A stretch of 64,000 nucleotides of DNA, from NCBI RefSeq assembly GCF_009914755.1, contig NC_060931.1; one strand, 5' to 3'. Each line of letters opens with the position of its first letter. Positions within the stretch are counted from its first letter, which is position 1. The notes below the pieces were generated by a model, which was given only the letters and a program-made list of their open reading frames with translations, did not search any database and was not told the DNA's origin. Origin of the DNA: the human T2T-CHM13v2.0 reference genome, Homo sapiens. Below, piece after piece: positions 1-18,050 of this stretch. The translations under genes and the position numbers were made by a program.

Positions 1-399
1 TGTTGTAATAAAGTCTCTACGCTCCTTATTTACTTTTATGCTTGAAAGAAACATTCAGTAACTCATATACTATCTTAGAATGCTCCTCACTATTCATTTT
101 ATTAAATATGCCTAATGAACATCAAAAATTTACTCAATAAAAGGAGATTAATGTGATGAATAAGAACTTTCCGTTATGAAAGAGTTACTGTAAGGAAGAT
201 AATACAGCTTTTAAAAACGTCTAAATTTAGTTTTTTACAAGATTTAAAGGAACTCTGTAATTCTAAAATTACAGCCATTCATGAAGAGGAGACGTTCTAA
301 AATCATTAAAAGCTAAATGGTGGCTAAAATTAGTGTTTGCAAGTTAAAATCCATATGGTCATAATTTGTAAACAGATTGAATATTGTAAAAAAAACTGA

Positions 400-1050
400 G
401 TCAGTAAAATAGAAATAAAATCAAAGAAATTCTCCCTGAACTATAGAAAAAGACTGAAGACAGAATAAAGTACTGAGATAAATATCAATACCTAAAGGAT
501 ATATTCAGGAGAGCCAATGATTTTAAAACATAAATTCCAAAGGAAGCAATAATCAGATAAATCAAGGGAAAAAAATGTATCTGAACTGAAGAAAGTTAAA
601 TTGAAAGTGCCCAAGAATAAAAATTCACCCAAATTAATCAACCTTAACTATGTTCTATTAAAATGTTATACATACATATATGTATATATTAATATACATG
701 TATATATACTCTTTATGTAACAAATCTAATGAATTATATATATTTATATTTTTACACTTTATAAGAAGGGAAAAGCATACAAGCACACAAGCAGATTCAT
801 CTCAAAGATAAATAAAGGGAAGCTAATTCAATATGTCTATAATATGATTCATCTAGAGACAATGAAGCAAAGTACATGAAATTTGGTGGACAAAAGGAAT
901 GTGATGACTCTAGAGTTCGATGCTGATTTGCCAAAGAATGGTAAAAGAAACCAACAAGAATTTGTTAGACAAGGACTCAGAAAGCACTACTCTACATTAG
1001 AACTTGAGCAACATATGGAAGAGATACCAGTTGGCTTAGTATTTTATATT
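400..1050 (+). mobile_element. Highly decayed ancient LINE-1 ORF1/HAL1-like remnant in the last ZNF804B intron
   Basis: A-rich tract with patches resembling the ORF1 3' part of old L1M/HAL1 (e.g. agagacaatgaagcaa ... agacaaggactcagaaag). Boundaries approximate. Confidence 0.4.
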
Positions 1051-2003
1051 CAAGCAACAAATGACTAGAGGAAAGTAAAATAAAAATCAAAATTAGAAAT
1101 AAGCAAACAAACACATCCAAGTATATGGAACAAGAAAAAGAATGCCAGTTCAAAGCAAACAATAAGAAAAATGATGTGATTTGTATTGTCTTCTTTCCAG
1201 TGAAGCCTTCTTTTATAGTAGAGGGTATATAGATAGACTGTTAAAGGGCATATAATTTTAATCTAAAGAATTTTATCTCTTATATATGTTGATATTTTCA
1301 ATCTTCTGTATGAATTGCTAATGAAGCTCAGTAGAACAAATAACCTTTTGAGACCTTTAAAAGATAAAACATATAATGCAGAAATGGTAGAAAAAATATT
1401 TTGGTGAGTAAGAAGCAGAAGAAAAGATTTCAAAATCATTGAAGGTATTTAGATAGATTGTACATATGTCTTATTTTATTATGCATTTATTATAATTAGT
1501 CAAATTACTGACAAGTCATAAAGAAAGAACTTACCACTGTGTTTCAAAAGTAAGTGAATATGAGGGAATTTTAAACCCAAGGAGCTAAACATTATAAAAT
1601 GTTAGAAATAGCACATAAAAGCAAATTTAAAAAAATTTTTATATTTTTAAAGTGGCTTTTAATTCTATTTAATTTCTTATTTAATGTGAATGCACTGATT
1701 GGAAAACTATTAGTGAAATCATGTTAAATCTGTATTCCAAAGATTGATAGATTCTATAGGACATATATTGTGATGTAAATGCTTTAGAAGCAGTAGCATA
1801 AGATAATTCACTTGCTATTGCTTTTTGGTAATTGCAAAATACTACATGTAAACAATTCATTTTAGAAATAGCCACTATACAATTTATGCTAAGCTATATA
1901 AGGACAACAAAAGGTTATGTTTTAGAAGATGTAGCTCATAAAATGTAAAATAACTCATCTTAGAAACACTATGAAATGTTCATATGTAGATATGATTCCA
2001 AAG

Positions 2004-5712
<3,709 letters not shown>

Positions 5713-6027
5713 TAAGTGTTAAAGCCCCTCCTGTGGATAATTTTTTTAATTGTCACTACCTATAAAATCATACATTTAAAGAAGTCTGTCAATTATAAGA
5801 TTTAAAATATTGCTGCCAATTCAAAATGTGACAAATATATAAATATGATCTGAATTGCTAATACTAAAACAAGAGCATTTTAATAATTTTTTAGCTTGCC
5901 AAAATAATAGGCAAATTTGAATAATTTTATGAAAGCGTAGAGGGAAGAGGGAAAGAGTTAAAGATTTGTTTTGGATGGGTTCTCGCATAATGTTATAAAA
6001 TAGCAACAGAAAACATTCAAGCAGAGC

Positions 6028-7239
6028 ATTAAAATTAAAAAGAAAAATCAAATGAAATATGGCACCCTGCGTTCTAAGTATTTGTTGTGTGAATGAATGA
6101 GTGTTGATTTGGCTTATTTGTTAGATAATAAAAGGTCAGTGAAATGAAGCAATTATTTAAAGTAATTTATGTCGTTAACTATTGACTAAGTTTTCAATTA
6201 ATGTAGTCTGTTACTGTATTTTCATAGGAAATAAGAACAAGACATTTTCTGATTAATTTAGGTTGAAAATTACATTTTAATGAAAAACAATCTTTATAGA
6301 TTATACTTTTGAGTTTCTGTGAAAAATAAATTATCTTCATTTCACACAAATCTATGTCAAGATAATTTTGTAATTGTAAGAATCAGCAAAATCTAAAACT
6401 AAGAATGTTTAACTTTTGTATAAAAACATATACAAACTATCATTAGTATTTGATAATGCAAACTCAAAAATAAAACGTGCTCAGAATAACCTTTTAAATA
6501 TATTGGTCAATCTGTCAAATATAACAGGAACTAAAATATTGTTTATTATTCTTCTACTCAAAAATTTTACTACGTTCAGCCAATACATGTATAAGGATAG
6601 AGGTAAAGGTTTGAAAATGTCAGTGTTTTTACATGTTTATTGAGGATATCTTATTAAATATCTGGTGTGTTTTATTCAATTGTACTAGATATTTATGAAA
6701 CAATGAATAATGATGAATAAATTCACCATCCATGTAATGTTGCAAATAATTTCAAACATTCATTCAAAATGGTTTTTGGCCGCCAAAATTTGCATTTCAT
6801 ACATCTATATTGGTGCATAATCCTACAGTTAGGTTTATTATTTTATGTTCTTAAGCATGAGTTTCAGAGAAAATCAAACTTAACAGAAATGGAGGTAATC
6901 ATTTATCTAATGCTGTCTATACGAAGATGCAAACTCCTCTACCACTAGAAGATTAGAGGATGTCTTCTTCAGCCTTGGCTGCAAAAGGAAGATAGCTATA
7001 TTTAAGGCTTGTTGTGATTCAGGTACAGTTACCCTATCCACTTGTTTGCATTATCTTCTTTAATTTTCACAACTGTATTTTGAAATCAGTATTATCATTC
7101 CTCATTACAGATAAGGAAAATGAAATAGAAAGGTTAAATACTAAATACTTGGTAAACAGTAGGAAAGGACATCGTTGATTCAGGAGAGACTGGTGAGAGA
7201 GAAAGAGAAAGAAAGGGTGGAGGGAAGAAAAAGAATAAA
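6028..7239 (+). terminator. Candidate polyadenylation signals
   Basis: ATTAAA 6028-6033; AATAAA at 6127-6132, 6325-6330, 6469-6474, 6716-6721 and 7234-7239. Confidence 0.45.
7088..7152 (-). mobile_element. MIR core fragment
   Basis: tattatcattcctcattacagataaggaaaatgaaatagaaaggttaa resembles the reverse-complement MIR core. Confidence 0.6.
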
Positions 7240-7499
7240 AGGAGATAAAGTAAATTTGAAATTTTAACAGAAAGAAAAACTGCAGTTCCCAAGATATCAC
7301 TAGAAACTTGTGAGATGAGAGTTCTGACTGGTACATAACACTGACAGAATCTAAATTTAAAATGAATGGAGAAATGAAGAAAAACCATCAAATAGCAAGG
7401 AGCTATACTTGCATGGAATTCCATAAAAATGATTATAAAAGATCACTGATGAACATTGAGTAAATCCAAAAAGAAGCAAGACAAACGAAATATTTCTTA

Positions 7500-7900
7500 T
7501 AAAATGGATGACAAATGGTCTAGCAGATTTTTTAAGTCCTGTGGATAATTATTTCCTAAAGCAAATTACAAAGCTGATGCAGAGCCAAGATAGAGTAATC
7601 ATGGAAACTCACTAGATGTCCTATTATAAAAAACACTGACCACTTGATTGATTTTTATAATTGCCTTGGTGACAATTTAAACTCTCAGAAGGTTAGACCC
7701 GAGCACCTCTACTGAGCACTTAATTTTGACTAACAAAGACAGATTGATATGAACGGATGACATGGAAGTGACTATTCCATCTTGTATTAACAGTGATGAG
7801 GTGTTCACTGGACAAACTAATTTGGACTATGTGGAAAGCAAACATCTCCCTTTAAATAAAAGATAATTTGTACTCCAGGGTGAGAAATTGGAAAAGTTGT
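7500..7900 (+). mobile_element. L3/CR1 LINE remnant (endonuclease region)
   Basis: ttgccttggtgacaatttaaactctcagaagg...cacttaattttgactaacaaaga...ggaagtgactattccatcttg resembles the CR1 APE-domain coding consensus. Confidence 0.55.
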
Positions 7901-10900
7901 GGCATCACGTGAGGAAAGATGCAATTATGCAACTTACTTCCCCCCAAATCAGTAACTGTAGGCTGAAACACTGTTTTATTTTCCATTTTACCTTGAGATA
8001 AACACACTTTGGGAAAAAAAAAATTTTAATATATATTGAACCCTAAAATAGTTCGATTTTAAAAAAATTGTCACTGTGATGGATTGTATTTTTAGCAGTG
8101 TTTCCTTCCATTTACATAATTATTTGACAGGTGACTTTTAGCATTAAATTTATTTTATGACTATTGCCTGATATTTACAGGTTAATTTTCTTTATGGGAT
8201 TACTGTTTCACAAGTGGCTCATGGAGGCAGTTTTTAAAAAATCTGTCTTAAGCTCTAAATGCTTAAGAAAGGCTGTGAAATCTTTCCACACAAGTACACA
8301 CACATGCATGCACAAACACACATTTATCTATCTATATGTCTTTCTTACAGATTATGAACCAGTCTAGCATCAGATAGCATCATTGGATTCGAGGTAAATG
8401 AAATAAATGCTTTGTATGAAGCACTGAAAATTTGGGAATGTTCATCTTCTTAATAATTGCCTGCCAAATTCAGCAAGAAAAAAAATACAATGGGCCTATA
8501 AAAATGCAAAGGTAAACTTAAGGTTCATCTTTAAGACGTTATAAATGAAATATTGGAAGTGATTAGAATATAGAGAATGATTTAAAAAGTCTCCAATTCC
8601 CAGAGTTTTTGCTTAGGTAGACATTTTATAAAATAATCCCTTGAAATTTGTTTCACTTCCCGAAAATGGATTTTACAGTGACTCCTTTTCTTTAGTTTCT
8701 GCCAGGACTTAATGGAATCTCTCTGTTATCTCTAAATGGAAATACACTTAAAGAAACTAATTCTGTAAAACGTTTCTGTTAAATGAAACACTTAACCAGT
8801 ACAATTACTCAAGATTATATTGCTGAATCTGACTATCTCCTTAGTGCATGAAGTTATTACTTACACAGCTCAAAATGCTGGCAGCAACAGAGCTTTCTGA
8901 ATTTTACCACCATACTTTTAAGTTGATCCTAAAACATTATACATTTCAAATCATTTGATACAATAATTGGAGATATGGAGATGGCTCTACCCATTAGGAT
9001 ACCGATTGGTATTCAAGTGTCCTAGATGTATATGAATGAAACGTCCAGATCCCCTCCCCAGGATGTGTGGATGTTTAACTCTTTAGTGGTGAAATAGTAC
9101 TGCTGATCATCTCAAATCAGTAGCACATTTCTTAATCATTCCTAAAAAGTTCTCCACGTTTTCAGTTTCTGAGTTTTCAGAAACATAGTTAACATTCTGA
9201 AAAAAACATGTAAATGTCATATCCAGTTTTGTAAAAACACAATTTAAAAGATCTAAATCTTACATATCAATGTATGCAGATAAGATACTCAGGGGCAAAA
9301 TGGACCTAATGCTCATCTCTGGCTCAGCAAAGCTCATGAAAAGGTTTAGTTTTGATTCTTTAAATTAGATGAAATTCTGAAGGAAAATGTGCTCTCATTG
9401 GCAAATAGAAACATTATTAAAAAGCATGTGAGTGGCTAGTTCCACACAATAGTCAGGAAAACAGATAGTTGCCTTTTGTGTTTCAGACTGAAACCACTTC
9501 AATAAGATGAGCATTTCCTACTAAAATACTAGTTCTCGTGCCAATAAGCCTGGGTCTAGAGGATTTTCAAAGGTTATCATTTCATTCCAGCAAAAATATT
9601 ATCCACTTCTTCTATTAGGTAGACATTGAAAGTGATTGTTGTATCTTTGGATTAAGCTATATTAAAATGGAAGCAGCAGCTGAATGGGTTAGGTTTAGAA
9701 TAAGCCAATATTAGAAAGAGAAGCCAAAGGGTCATTTTCATTCTATGGAGCTATATATAGGGGGGAGAGCTCCCAATCCACTTTTAAAATTATTTTCTCA
9801 AAGTCACTTCCTCTTTTTGCAACCCCCCATTTTTCTTAAATAGCAAGAGTAAGAATATCTTGTGAGAAGCATTAAAATAAAATCAGGCAAATTGGAAAAC
9901 TTAAAATATGTATGAGTGCACATGTGAGTGTGAATCTGTGTGTGTTTTTAATAAATATACTCTTTAGTCTTTAATTGTACATCTTGATCTTTGTTCAAAA
10001 TAGTGTTTTTTAAAACATATTCACATATTGAAACAACAACTTCAAGAAGAGGTTTCTTATCCCCAAGCAAAATTGTTAGTTCCTTCCATATGTGAGATAA
10101 AATAGTTGACAATGTAAATTAGTCGTATAGCTGTTTAAAGCAAATTCCCATCTTACTCAATTCTATTTAAAGTACTAAATTTGTAATTAAACTTGGTGAT
10201 CCTCTGGCAATATGACACATAAACCAATAATTTTATGTTGCATTTTCTGTATAAATTGTCTTTTTAAACTATACTGTGGCTAAGTAAATTGCACTATTGT
10301 ACATGCAAAGCAGCTTTTTTAGGTTATTCAATAAATTACTTGGACTGTAGTTCAATGCAATAATATTTTTTTCGATAAAAAGCTTAATGATATAGGAGTG
10401 TTAGTCATGTATTTCTAACAAAAAGCATACCAAAATATAAGAACAAACTCAAATGCAAAATGGTGTGGAAATATTCTGTGTTTTACACTGCTGAATTAAA
10501 GTGCATTTATCATTTTATTTATTACTGTATGTATTTATATTATATATTTAAAGGCTGGGATTTCTTAGACTATTTCTTAAAATTTTAGTGTTATTAAAAT
10601 AAGCTGTTTCCTCAAGCTGAAAATAAATATAACTTTAAAAATTCTATGGATGTATTCTTTGTTGAAACCTATCATATATATACATATACTGTAAAATCTG
10701 TTTCTTTTTATTTGCTTTTAAAAATGTGAACTAATGCTTTGCAATGTTCTAACAAAGCTTCATAAATAGTCTCAGGAATGTATTCTCTAGCTGGTAATAT
10801 CATATAATATGGTAGCATTCTACACATTTATTATAACTTTCATATGAACTCTAGAGATACTTTAATTAAAAGAAACCCCAGTAAGTTGTTAGTCTCAATA

Positions 10901-11536
10901 GGACTCAACTCACTAGGAAATCTCTTTAATCAAGCATGACCAATGTTGTGGGAAAATGACATTTCATACAACTCCCATTCATCTTTACTTTCTTAATCTT
11001 TGCACTCCAGAGTACCTGGATGCTACTCTGATATTTGTGCAAAATATCAGAACCAGGTGTTGTTAGAAATAACCACTAGATACTCCCTTGTTCTTGAATT
11101 ACATCTATCCTTATCCTTCCCTTTACCCTTCAATAAGCTTTAACCAAATCCTAAATCTCCTTACTTTAGTGTTTTAATTGAATGAGCTGTCACTACCTGT
11201 GCATTTCAATGGAGCAGAACTTTGCAATGCACTCTCAACTAGTGGTAGAGTTTGAGTTTTCAGTAGATAAATGTTTCAGAGGCCAGTCACCTGCTGCCCT
11301 ACACTTCCAGCCTAGATTCCCTACTTTTATGCTAGATCATTTATTAGAATTCTGCTATGTAATAAAAAAGTATCTTTTCACACAATACATACACATCCAC
11401 ACACAACTACATGCACACATGTGCATACCTACATTGTTGGTGGAGTCATGACAGAAACTGTCCTTTCTTAATAAAATTGTCACCATTTATTGAGTACCTA
11501 ATATGAGCCAAATACTGTTTATGTCCTCCCCACTAG

Positions 11537-11942
<406 letters not shown>

Positions 11943-12106
11943 GAAAGTAGATTATATTAATAATTACACTAAGACAAAGGAGCAAATGGTAATCTATGGT
12001 CTCTATACTCAGAGCCTGCTCTTCATAATGTGTGAGCCTTCTGCCTTTGTTCACTCTGTGTCATTTTTTGGCTCATCATAAAAATTTTTGCACCAATAGA
12101 AAATGA

Positions 12107-12422
<316 letters not shown>

Positions 12423-12974
12423 CAACACATACTCCTGAGGTTGTTTTCTTTTACTACATTTACTGGTAGACTTGAGTCATTTCCCAAATATCACTTTATT
12501 AATACTTTGAATTCTAGAGAGGAAACATAGCAGAACTTTCTGAAGGTGCTTAGCAATAAATAAATAAATGAAACCACTCAGCAGACTGGCACACTCAAGA
12601 GAATACTATACTTTATAAAGAATCATCAGTCAAACACCTTACAAGTTAAATGTTTTCTTTATATTTTGTTTATCAGAAAGAGATTTCAAAGACACAGGAT
12701 TTCAATTATTTGTCTGGGATACAGCATGACATCTTCAGAAGAGGAAGCAAACTCTGATACCTATTCATGGAATTGCTTCATTCATTATCAGGATATTTTA
12801 ACAGATGCTTTTGTCTTTTGTTATATTTTATTCATAGTTTGTGGGCAAAAATATTTCTTCCATATTTCCAAGACTTAAAGAAAATATATTCTAAAAATAG
12901 GCAATTAGGAAATAACTGGGATGTAACTCTCTGTTCTTTAAACCCCTAACTCCCCAAATAGTTGCTTGGGAAAT

Positions 12975-13172
12975 TGTATTATTCTGTTTCATACTGCTAT
13001 AAAGAACTACCTGAGACTGAGTCATTTACAAAGAAAAGATGTTTACAGATATACACAGTTCCAAGGCTATACAGGAAGCATGGCTTGGGAAGCCTCAGGA
13101 AACTTAAAATCATGGTGGAAGGGTGAAGGGGAAGCAAGCATGTCTGCCACATGGTGGAAGGAGAGAGAGCAA
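12975..13172 (-). mobile_element. MST/THE1-type MaLR LTR fragment
   Basis: tgtatt...actgctataaagaactacctgagactg...ggaagcctcaggaaactta.aatcatggtggaagg matches the MSTA-like LTR terminus in reverse. Confidence 0.8.
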
Positions 13173-13189
13173 AACTAATATACATTACG

Positions 13190-13335
13190 TAGCTACTGCA
13201 TGCAAGGCACAAATATAGCAGTAAATAAACTATCTAAAATTTCTGCTCTTACCGAGCTTCCATTTTAGTGGAGGGGTAAGAAAAAGAACAAAATAAATAA
13301 GCAAAAGATGTGATCAAAATTAGTAAGTGCTGAAG
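13190..13335 (-). mobile_element. L2 3' fragment
   Basis: atatagcagtaaataaac...ctgctcttaccgagcttccattttagtggagg is typical reverse-complement L2. Confidence 0.55.
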
Positions 13336-15099
13336 AAGCCAATGGCCATCTACACATAATGGAAGAGCCTATATTTGTTCCAAAATCTGTTTTATTATGA
13401 AATCTATGCTTATTCTTCTACATGAAATGGTATAAGATAGTGATGATTATCTGGGCAATGATGCATGTTTGTTTGGTTGCTCCACTAAAGAAGAATGATG
13501 AGTTTAAAGAAATTCATCTATTTTGAATGGCCTGTAGAGAATAGTTATAAAATTTACCCTAATGTTCGCCATGTTAAGCCTATTTTGACTTTGAGCCTGG
13601 AATTCCGTAATTGCACTGCTTCAAAATGTGTTGCTATTGAATAATTTAAAATGCAATATATGGTTATAGGAGAGACGATGGCATATTTACGAAGATATGA
13701 ATGCAACATTGTAGTCATCAGTAATTAATGCATGTTCAAAAAGAAAAAAATGATTTCAGAGAATGACAAGTGCAGTAGTCATCTGAGTTCTCTGTTTTAG
13801 GAAGGCAGTTAGGTGTGAGGAAAACCTCTAGCTTTTGGCAAAATCTACAGGGAAATTCCATTTCATCAAAAGGATAGGCTCCTCAGGGTTTGCTGCCATT
13901 GTCTAACTAGTTGCTGTATTTATTAAAGTGTGACTGTTTCATGTCTCTTTGATGTGAAGCCATTTTCCTAAATCCCACAATCAATAATTATTTACTGGGC
14001 TTTTTGTTTTCTGTTATCCTAGTTATTTCTTTTTTTTCCCCCACTGACTTAAACAATAGCACAATTCCTTTTTTCTCCGTCTAGGAGCAGAATGAAAACT
14101 GTAAAATCATCCCATATGAAAATCTAAACTATATGAGAAATGTTACTTCTTGATTTCTAATTGATTATCTTTGCAAATGATAAATAAATTAATTATCAAT
14201 AAGTGAGGCTGTCTAATAAATGAAGCTTTTTGGATTGTTGTTACACAGAAAAATGTATCTTTGGGGATGATATCAAGTGTTTCTCCTTGGAAAGCCAGAC
14301 TCTGAATTGCAGCACTGCCTGGCCTTGGTTTCTTATTTCAAATTGAGCTGTCCCATTCTTGATGGCAGCATGGGGTTGGTTGTCACCACTTATATATATA
14401 GATGTTTCAGTGCTTCAGGCTGATTTCTGGCATGTCCTTGAAGGATTACACTGGCCCTCTTGGGCATGCCTGTTCTCCTTCTGCTCCTTAGATATTCTGC
14501 CCTCATCAATTTTTCTCACATGCCAATCCTGTTGGAATTGAGTTTTCACAATAATTGTGAAAAATATAAAGAAACAAATGCATCCTGAACCCTGACTAGT
14601 GTGAATTTTATTCTGCCTACTGAGGTTGCATGGGTGGTAGTTGCACTAGAATTTAGTAACTAGCTGTGACAAGGAGTCAAATTCTTATAAATTGAGTGTT
14701 TGTAACCACACAGTTACTTTGTCAACTTGAGATCTGATGTATGATAGTGTTCTATTAAGAGAAAATGAGTTCATGTGCCAATTTGAGAGGCGTGTCATTA
14801 ATGAAGATTTCAGAGAGATAAGAGCTTAAATATTTTCATAGAGGAGTGAGCTTATCCAAAACTTTTCAATGTTATTCATGTTTCCTCAGTCAAGATGTAC
14901 AGACATATCAGGAAAAACATAGCAATCATAGTTGACTAGCAGGTTAAAGAGAAATGGTCACAATCTATTTGTCTCATCTACTTTCCCCCACAAAAATGAT
15001 AAACATTTAATTGGCTATGCCAGGATTGTCAAGATCTAGAACAGTGGTGTACTTGTCATTTTGCATCCTCCTTTTTTTTTTAACTTACTATTATAACAT

Positions 15100-15400
15100 T
15101 TTCCTTCTTGCTACATTGTTTCTTAATTAGCATTTTGAATTAGGAAGAAAAGTGCATGGAGTGTATATACTATAATTTACATAACCATTCCCCATGTTAT
15201 TGTTATTTAGACTTTCCCCCAGCTTTTTGCAAATATAAAGAATGCTTCAATGAACATTTTTGTAGATGTGGTATTTTTTCTTCTTATCATTACTGATATA
15301 TGATTGGTTCTTGGAAAAGGAGATCAAAACACACATATTAATGTTTTGTATATATTACCAAATTGCTTTCCAATGAGTTTTATCAAGGTCATAAATATAA
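15100..15400 (-). mobile_element. Old L1M(E) 3' region fragment
   Basis: ataatttacataaccattcccc...tttttgcaaatataaagaatgcttcaatgaacatt. Confidence 0.6.
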
Positions 15401-16199
15401 ATATATCAAAAACCATATCAAAAACAGTAATGTGCTATAATTCATTCAACTCTTCCTTCTCCTATCATTATCATTATAATCATCATCCTATTATTATTAT
15501 TCTAGCTATACTATAATTATACCATAATTATATAATGATTGAAGATTTAAAAAGACTTTGGTATGTTCTTTTGTCCTTTGTAAGTTAAAAAATAGTTATA
15601 GTTTCTACTTTTTGAATTATCTGTCAATATCTTTCGGAATCTATGTAAAATAAGAATGTGTGTGGGAGTTTATAGCTCTTGTTCTTTAATGGACTACAAA
15701 TAAGCCTTAATCATTATGCTTCACAATTTTACTCCTAAACTTGCATACCTACACTTTATACCCCATCGAAATGTCTAATTGCCTGTCTAGGAATCAAATA
15801 TCTTCCTGTAGGATCTTGTCTCTTGTCATTGTATTACACATATTTCCTTTAGAAAGAAAAAATTATACTAACAATAAATGCTAACTAGTTCTTTCAAAGA
15901 TATCAATAATGGTAAAAATGCTGTTCCCATATAGTAGAAAGTCATAGAATCTTATAATTAGGAGAGAATTTAGAGATCATCTGGGGCCAAGAACAGCAAC
16001 TACAATCTTGTAGACACCCTGTTTGACTTACTGAATGAATGACTGAATCTAATATTGTGCTTTCATTTTTATAAACAATGAATTTTCTAAAGTGTGTCCC
16101 AGGAATACAAATGAATTTGCCAGTGTAAGCTGGTATTGAATAAAGAAATTTAACTCTTAACTATAATACTGTGCCATCCAGATTTAGATTGATGGCAAA

Positions 16200-17240
16200 A
16201 GTTAAGAGCGTTAGTGATAACTTAGATGATGGACCTTAGAACTGAACTACTCAGTTTCAAACCCCCTTTCATTTTCTAGATGTGTGACCTGAGGCAAATC
16301 AGTTAACCTCTCACAGCCTCAGTTTCTTTATTTAAAGATGTATATAATGATAGTACAATCTGTATAATAAGGAATTTGACTGGAATTGTAGCCTCTAAAC
16401 CCTTGGAATAAGAAATTTGGCTGGCCTATGTCCTGGGTTTCTAGAAGGTAGTCTCTAAATTCTAGGACTTCCCTGAGTGATATGTGTGTCTTTGATATTT
16501 GTGGTTAGCCTTGATAGTTTATCCTTATGAGGTGACCCATGGTCTGCTCCTAGACAGTTTAAAGTAATGAGATTACTCAGGATGGAAGCCGGCCGTGCCA
16601 AAAAGACAACATGTGGTTAGCGAGTTGTGGCTTTGAGCCAGATGATATCAGCCCAACCTCCAGAGAGGGGAGAGGAGAAATGGAGGTTGAGTGACATGGG
16701 CAAGAATTTAATCAATTGTGCCTATGTAATTAAGCCCTGACATAACCTATGCATACAATGTTCTGGTGTGCTTCCTTGGTTGTTAACACTCTGTGTCATG
16801 ACTCCAGGAAGAGAACAATGGAAGCTTTGCATTTCGAATCCTCTTAGAGGTTGTTCTATGCAACTCTTCTTTTAGCTGGTTCCGATTTGTATCCTTTTTG
16901 CTGTACTAACATTGTCATCAAATGTATAGTACTTTAGTGAGTTCTGTGAGTTGTTTGTCGTGAATTGAGCCTGAAGGGGTAGTAGGAATCCCCAGATTTG
17001 TTGCCAGTTGGTCAGAAATAAAGATGGCCTTTGGACCCTTGAACTTTCAGCTGGTGTCTGAAGTAAAGGTAGTCTTGTGAAGGATTGTGTCTTTAACCTG
17101 TGAAGCTTATCACAACCTCTGGGTAATTGGTGTAAAAAATTGCAACATCTCATAGAGTTATGAGAATTAAATAATGCTTAGAATAGTAACCATATGTAAT
17201 AAACACTGTGTAAGTGTTAGATATTGTAATTATCATTAAA
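16200..17240 (+). mobile_element. MIR split by an LTR insertion (MIR parts ~16200-16360 and ~17147-17240)
   Basis: tgtgtgacctgaggcaaatcagttaacctctcacagcctcagtttc...tagtacaatc resumes as tctcatagagttatgagaattaaat after the LTR. Confidence 0.75.
16361..17147 (+). mobile_element. MER21C-like solo LTR
   Basis: TG...CA termini; aagaaatttggctggcctatgtcctggg...ccctgagtgata.gtgtgtctttg and atttgttgccagttggtcagaa resemble MER21. Confidence 0.7.
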
Positions 17241-17699
17241 AGTTCAGGTTTTCTCATGACTGATAAATATAATGTCCATATAATAAGCATTGGTCATTTT
17301 TTACTTAGTACTTTTTATTTAACCATTAAAACAGTTCTATAAAATGTTTCCATATGGCCATTTTCCCAGTTGTCTGTTTTAAGGAAACATCTAGTGAGTG
17401 GTAGTTCTGACATTAAAAAAAGAATAAAAGGTCTGTGTTCTTCATTACAATGTAATATATAGCCTTTCCCACTTATTCCAACCAAAGGCTAAAATCTCAT
17501 TTTCTAGAAACAACTATTACATTTATAATCACTTAAAAATTTTTTGGCTGATCTTTTGCTGACAAAAGAATGGAAAGTTTACTTCTAGATTTCTGTACAA
17601 TCTAAGCTAACTGACTCACTGTACTGAATGTTCAGCTATCTGTCATAGCCAATAGATTCCAGAAATTATAATAGTGCAAACTCAATAAGTGACTATTTT

Positions 17700-18050
17700 A
17701 AAAATAAAATTTATTAAAATGTATTTGTAATAGAAGCACTGAATGAATAAATAAATCCACAAGTCTCTTGAAGCCAGCAGGCTGATAGGTGTTCTTCGTC
17801 TTCAAATTCTGGCTCCCAATGCTTTCTTGAGTGTCATCTTTAATTCAACTGAACAGAGGTGGGGAAGGAAGTGGGGAGCAAGAGGACATGCAGGAGAGGA
17901 ATGGGAAAAAATATAAAACATTTAATATGGTTTAAGCCTAGAAGTAATTTCAGCTCACATTCCATTGACTAGATCTCAGTCAGGTGGACCCATCTAAGCG
18001 CAAGGGAGGCTGGGAAATACAGCATGTCTGTGGAAGAAGAGGAGAAAATG
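17700..18050. mobile_element. Old MLT1 (J/K/L-like) LTR remnant
   Basis: gctcacattccattgactaga...cagtca...caagggaggctgggaaat. Confidence 0.6.

Larger units (their letters stand above)
5713..7260 (+). other. ZNF804B: ZNF804B 3' UTR region (true end uncertain)
   Basis: AU-rich sequence directly after the stop codon. Several AATAAA/ATTAAA hexamers; the cleavage site cannot be fixed from sequence alone. Confidence 0.55.
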
